From Planctomycetaceae bacterium (GTDB lineage: Bacteria > Planctomycetota > Planctomycetia > Pirellulales > Pirellulaceae), in the NCBI GenBank assembly GCA_020638995.1, contig JACKHM010000002.1, positions 902,902 through 966,901 of the forward strand: 64,000 bases of DNA. The letters are read 5' to 3'. A model generated the notes under the pieces. That model was not told where the DNA came from. It made no database searches and saw only the letters and a program-made list of their open reading frames with translations. Every line of letters begins with the position of its first letter. The stretch's first letter is position 1. Shown piece after piece: positions 60,178-64,000 of this stretch. Both the position numbers and the translations under genes were made by a program.

Positions 60178-60648
60178 TCATCCGAGTAGCTTCACAACGA
60201 AGCTCAGAGCGGCATCAGCAACTCCGGGCGATGAGCTTTCCCGCGGGCCAGCGACGTTTAAGACCTCGATTGCGTGATCGACGAGCCACTGCTGAGCTAC
60301 CGCAAGATCGATTGCTTCCGAAATGTCAACGGCTAGCCAAGGTTTGTTGCGTTCCCTTGCGAACCGCAGGGTCAGACTTGTGCCACCCTGTAATTCACCT
60401 GCATACAGAATCAGCGTTCCATCCGAATCGATAACATTTTGTTGCGTCCGAATCGGATACTTGGACGAATTGGTTTCGGTCAATTCGTAGCGTGGCGGAA
60501 TTGTGCCATCTTCGGCCAATCGACCTTGGGGACACCACCCTCCGTGAGCAATTCCAAGAAATATCGCTGCATCTAACGCGCCCCGATCAACTCCGGTTTG
60601 CCCGCCAGACACGATGCGTTTTACGAAATGATCCTGTCGAAAAGCCAT
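60178..60648 (-). CDS. SLOG-fold, putative molybdenum-carrier-like protein
   Basis: IVSGGQTGVDRGALDAAIFLGIAHGGWCPQGRLAEDG is the Gly-rich Rossmann-like signature of the MoCo-carrier/SLOG group. Confidence 0.7.
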   Translation of the reverse strand: MAFRQDHFVKRIVSGGQTGVDRGALDAAIFLGIAHGGWCPQGRLAEDGTIPPRYELTETNSSKYPIRTQQNVIDSDGTLILYAGELQGGTSLTLRFARERNKPWLAVDISEAIDLAVAQQWLVDHAIEVLNVAGPRESSSPGVADAALSFVVKLLG

Positions 60649-60691
60649 CGCAGAATCGTATCAGAGTCGCCTGCCGCAGCAACCACCAAAC

Positions 60692-61381
60692 CTAATCTCC
60701 AGTGGGAGATTCCACCGGCACATCAGCTGGATAGTTCTTTCGCAAGACCTCCAAGGGAGGAGTGTTGACTCGCATTCCCGGCCTCAGTTGATCGGGGCGA
60801 AGCACCTTGGATTCGTTATGCCGAAACAGCGCTCGATAATATGCTCCCGACCCATACACTTCTTCGGAGATCGACCAAAAACTGTCGTTTGCTTCTGTCA
60901 GCACAAATTCGGGCAGAGGGCGAATTTCCTCGGGAGCGGCGGATGTTTCTACACCGCCCTCTGTTTGAATCTCTTCGCCGCCGGCATCCGTCGTCGCTGC
61001 GCTAGCACTCAAATCGGAGACCGGCACCAACTCGGGTACAACTGGAGTTGGAACCGGGCTCACCACATTCGGATTTGACGCAGGAACGGGATAAACTCGA
61101 CTGCCCGCAACGGGCGAGGTTTCGATCTCTGACTCGGTATAACGGGGACTCGTCGGCGAAACAATGGTGTCATCATGCAACGTGACGGACTTTGCTTGAA
61201 GCACACGTGGCTGGGGCGCGGACTTCGAATTTGAAGGAGCGACATGATCAGGGGCCACCGTGCTCTGAGAGAGCAGCGATGGTTGGTTCTCAGAGGCAAA
61301 TTTGCGTTTGATCCCCAAAACGATCAACAGTGTGGCAATCACACATAACGCGTAGACTAAGTTCTTTCCCAATTCTTTCAT
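60692..61381 (-). CDS. TM-anchored Pro-rich protein with a C-terminal LysM-like domain
   Basis: ATG 61381 gives MKELGKNLVYALCVIATLLIVLG (TM). The C-terminal FVLTEANDSFWSISEEVYGSGAYYRALFRHNESKVLRPDQLRPGMRVNTP fits the LysM pattern. Confidence 0.65.
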   Translation of the reverse strand: MKELGKNLVYALCVIATLLIVLGIKRKFASENQPSLLSQSTVAPDHVAPSNSKSAPQPRVLQAKSVTLHDDTIVSPTSPRYTESEIETSPVAGSRVYPVPASNPNVVSPVPTPVVPELVPVSDLSASAATTDAGGEEIQTEGGVETSAAPEEIRPLPEFVLTEANDSFWSISEEVYGSGAYYRALFRHNESKVLRPDQLRPGMRVNTPPLEVLRKNYPADVPVESPTGD

Positions 61382-61418
61382 CCAGCCCCTCCCTGAGGCA
61401 CCAGTTGCGGCGACCAAG

Positions 61419-62306
61419 CTAGCACACCGCTCGTTCCGCAACCCGCAGCTTGGCGCTACGGCTGCGCGGATTGCTTCGTATCTCTGTTTCATTAGGTCGA
61501 ATCGGCTTTTTCGTCAAGATCACGTAACGCGGATCCTGACGAAACGCAACTTTTACGCGACGATCCTCCAACGAATGAAAGCTGATGATTGCGATTCTTC
61601 CCCCCGGTCGCACGCAGTTGGGCAACTTCTCCAGCACGCTATTAAGGATCGAAAGTTCGTCATTAACAGCAATGCGTAAAGCTTGGAAAGTTCGTGTAGC
61701 CGGGTCAAGGTTTACGTTTCGAGATCGCGGGACGCACCTACGAACTAGGCTCGCCAACTGCCCCGCGTTACGAATGGGAGTACCTCTGCGATGCTCGACA
61801 ATGGCTCGAGCAATCCGGCGACTGTACCGTTCTTCGCCAAATTCAAAAATAACATTTGCCAGATGCTCAGCGCTGAGCCGTTCCAACAAACGCCACGCTG
61901 GCTCTCCCCGCGTGGGATCAAAACGAAGATCCAAGGGGCCATCGCCAGCAAAACTAAAGCCCCTCTCTTGGTCGGCGAGTTGATCGCTTGATAATCCAAG
62001 GTCGAGCAGAACGCCGTCCACCAGCGCAATGCCTAGCTCATCGAGAATCTCGCGCAGATCGGCATAGCTGCCCTGGACGCATGTCACAGGCAGGCCAGTC
62101 AGCAGCTGCGAAGTAATCTGCACAGCTCGTGGATCGCGATCGATTCCAATAACTTGGCCCTGTCCCTCGAGACGCGCGGCCAGCAATCGGCTATGGCCCC
62201 CGCCACCCAGCGTCCCGTCCACGATTACACTACCCGGTTTTGGACCGAGCCATTCAAGGATCTCATCGGGAAGCACAGGAACGTGAACCGTATCGAATTT
62301 TGCCAT
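61419..62306 (-). CDS. rsmH: 16S rRNA (cytosine1402-N4)-methyltransferase RsmH (MraW)
   Basis: The N-terminus is HVPVLPDEILE. The SAM motif is DGTLGGGGHS. Other family features are LDLGLSSDQL and ISFHSLEDRRVK. Confidence 0.93.
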   Translation of the reverse strand: MAKFDTVHVPVLPDEILEWLGPKPGSVIVDGTLGGGGHSRLLAARLEGQGQVIGIDRDPRAVQITSQLLTGLPVTCVQGSYADLREILDELGIALVDGVLLDLGLSSDQLADQERGFSFAGDGPLDLRFDPTRGEPAWRLLERLSAEHLANVIFEFGEERYSRRIARAIVEHRRGTPIRNAGQLASLVRRCVPRSRNVNLDPATRTFQALRIAVNDELSILNSVLEKLPNCVRPGGRIAIISFHSLEDRRVKVAFRQDPRYVILTKKPIRPNETEIRSNPRSRSAKLRVAERAVC

Positions 62307-62865
62307 ATTTGGTTCGTGGATTTACGATTTAAAGCATCTGAGTCAATGAGATACTCGCAGGCTCGCAGAAAATGAGATTCCTGCGCGGGGACAAAGTCGA
62401 TTGAGATGCCCCTGATTAAAGCAAGCGACCCAGGGCACGTCCATGCACCCTATTGGGCCGACTGCTCGCAGAGAGCGTTGCTAAGGACAACTCTTCCGCG
62501 ACTCGCGCGAGAACACATCCCGCGTCCTCGCCGGGAAAACACCACTTCCGGAACTGAAAGTGGCTGGAGCAGTCGGTGGCCGCAGACTGATCCATTGTTT
62601 TCCCACCCTGGCGAGCTTACGAACAGACGTTTTCACGAGAACTTCGGGATGATCGACATCGCTTGAAGCAAAACCTATCTCAGCGGATGCGATCAATCAC
62701 CGCGTCCTATGACTGAATCAAGAACCGATCCTCTTGCCACACAAACATATCCGCCGAGTTTTCTCGGTCAACATGATTTTCAGCCCGATATTTTCCTGCT
62801 GCGCTGAGGCGTACCACGCAGAAACTGAATGTTTTATGGGCTCACAGACGTGACAAGAAAATTCC

Positions 62866-62886
62866 AAAAAAGTCGGAATTTCCGAC
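62866..62886 (-). terminator. Short intrinsic terminator after the 62915 gene (minus strand)
   Basis: The minus strand reads gtcggaaattccgac (6-bp stem, 3-nt loop) followed by tttttt, about 30 nt after the stop codon. Confidence 0.5.
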
Positions 62887-62914
62887 CAGCGACGCTAGCA
62901 TCAGGCAAGCACCT

Positions 62915-64000
62915 TTAGGGAGCCGTGAGCTCCAGGACGCCCGCCTCAATGCGGTGGCTGATACCTAACGATGAAAGCGTCTCGCTGAGTAACTCGTCGA
63001 GCGTCAGCTGCTTCACATCGATCGAAATGCGTTGCTGTAATTTCGCCTGGGCAGCGATGTCAAATTTGAGTTGTAGTGCTTCACGATCGGCGATTGCCTT
63101 GATGATGGCACCAACCGGCTGATTCTCAACTCGCAGATCAAATCTTTTCGAGCTCGCCGTCGTTTCCGTGCGTCGAGCCGGTTCGCCGCGAATCATTCGC
63201 TCGATGAGCTCATGAGTTTCGAGCCTGCCTGTAATGTCAAGTTGCGCTCCCGACTTCTTCACGATCACATCGGGGAACGCAGTCGCAATTGTCGTTGCTG
63301 CTGAATTCAACGTCCCGGTCGGAGAATAACGACGTTCAATCACGACTTCTGCCGGGATCGAAGCCAAGCGAATTGCTGAACCATCTTTCGCGATCTCGAA
63401 TGTCAAATCAAATCCGGCCAACAACAAGCTGATACGATCCGTTAGCGGAAGTGCCGGCAGATTTCCAGCGGCCCAAAGATCATGTGGTACTTGATCGATA
63501 TTCACGACTTTTGCGTTGGCCGAATCGGCCAATTGTGTGAGCAGCTCGCGCGGTGTTGATAGATCTTCCCACTTCCAGGCGGAAGTTACACTAAAACGAA
63601 CTCTCGCAGCGGTCGGTAACCGCTTCACATCATCTCGCCTCAAGGCCGCGAGAGTCGCGAGCCTTTCCGCGACAGGTCGCGATCCGACATAAACCACAGA
63701 GTCCACATAGCCAACTCCGCCACCAATCGCGCTGCCAACGCGCTGCAAAGCTTCGTCAAGCGTCGCCTCGCGAATGGATAGGTCAACTTGAAAATCTGGA
63801 TCGACTCGCCTATCCAACCAAATCGCAATCCGCTGGTTCTCTGACAGCCCATTTAAACTTTGACGAATTGGGCTCGATTCCCACTGAAACCCGACGTGGA
63901 ATTCTAACTGCCTTCGAAAGTCCTTTCCGCTTCTCCAAGTGACCGCTTCATCGGCGACCACCGGAACCTGCAAACAAATCGCTAGCAAGAGAAAGCATGC
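62915..64000 (-). CDS. Secreted hypothetical protein (N-terminus truncated by the window end)
   Basis: The frame stays open to base 64000. The residues upstream of the listed start continue a hydrophobic signal-peptide-like run (ACFLLLAICLQVPVVA). Repeated alpha/beta modules resemble each other (LDEALQRVGSAIGGGVGYVD and LDELLSETLSSLGISHRIE). Confidence 0.6.
   Translation of the reverse strand, partial: ACFLLLAICLQVPVVADEAVTWRSGKDFRRQLEFHVGFQWESSPIRQSLNGLSENQRIAIWLDRRVDPDFQVDLSIREATLDEALQRVGSAIGGGVGYVDSVVYVGSRPVAERLATLAALRRDDVKRLPTAARVRFSVTSAWKWEDLSTPRELLTQLADSANAKVVNIDQVPHDLWAAGNLPALPLTDRISLLLAGFDLTFEIAKDGSAIRLASIPAEVVIERRYSPTGTLNSAATTIATAFPDVIVKKSGAQLDITGRLETHELIERMIRGEPARRTETTASSKRFDLRVENQPVGAIIKAIADREALQLKFDIAAQAKLQQRISIDVKQLTLDELLSETLSSLGISHRIEAGVLELTAP

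Overview
This 64-kb chromosomal window looks like a Planctomycetota (Pirellulales-like) genome. The evidence for that placement:
- a PSCyt1/DUF1549/DUF1553 giant protein paired with a DUF1501 protein;
- a PVC-type CxxCH heme-binding/HEAT/dehydrogenase-domain protein;
- an N-terminal 'ESLEDRRLLAA' motif;
- an ETR/YTV/Cys repeat protein;
- many Tat or signal-peptide proteins.

GC content is mid-50s % by eye. I support about 50 CDS. I recognised no rRNA, tRNA, CRISPR array, transposase or integrase.

Housekeeping genes:
- yidC-mnmE, tsaB, hemL-hemB, truB and ftsK;
- a fused sufE-sufS;
- yggS with a DUF167 gene;
- rsmH.

The rest is mostly secreted hydrolases, a porin, an ABC exporter and conserved hypotheticals.

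Two loci stand out:
1. **12.96-16.95 kb, minus strand.** This is a polymorphic-toxin-like locus. It encodes an ~830-aa protein with about 40 consecutive 11-residue (hendecad) repeats. Its Hint (pre-toxin) domain is divided between two ORFs exactly at a two-transmembrane-helix insertion. It also carries a short ParB/Srx-like C-terminal toxin module and an overlapping putative immunity gene.
2. **40.5-46.3 kb.** This is a tightly coupled five-gene operon: histidine kinase, stand-alone receiver, STAS protein, GspE/PilB-type ATPase with an MshEN-like c-di-GMP motif, and GspF/PilC-type platform. There is no pilin, secretin or prepilin peptidase nearby. A small FHA protein converges on it.

Smaller oddities:
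- a PDZ domain inserted in the periplasmic P1 domain of YidC;
- tandem metallophosphoesterase paralogs;
- an acidic Trp-rich tail on FtsK;
- two adjacent papain-fold enzymes;
- rsmH without mraZ or ftsL.

All calls come from reading the translations and sequence by eye. No database search was run.
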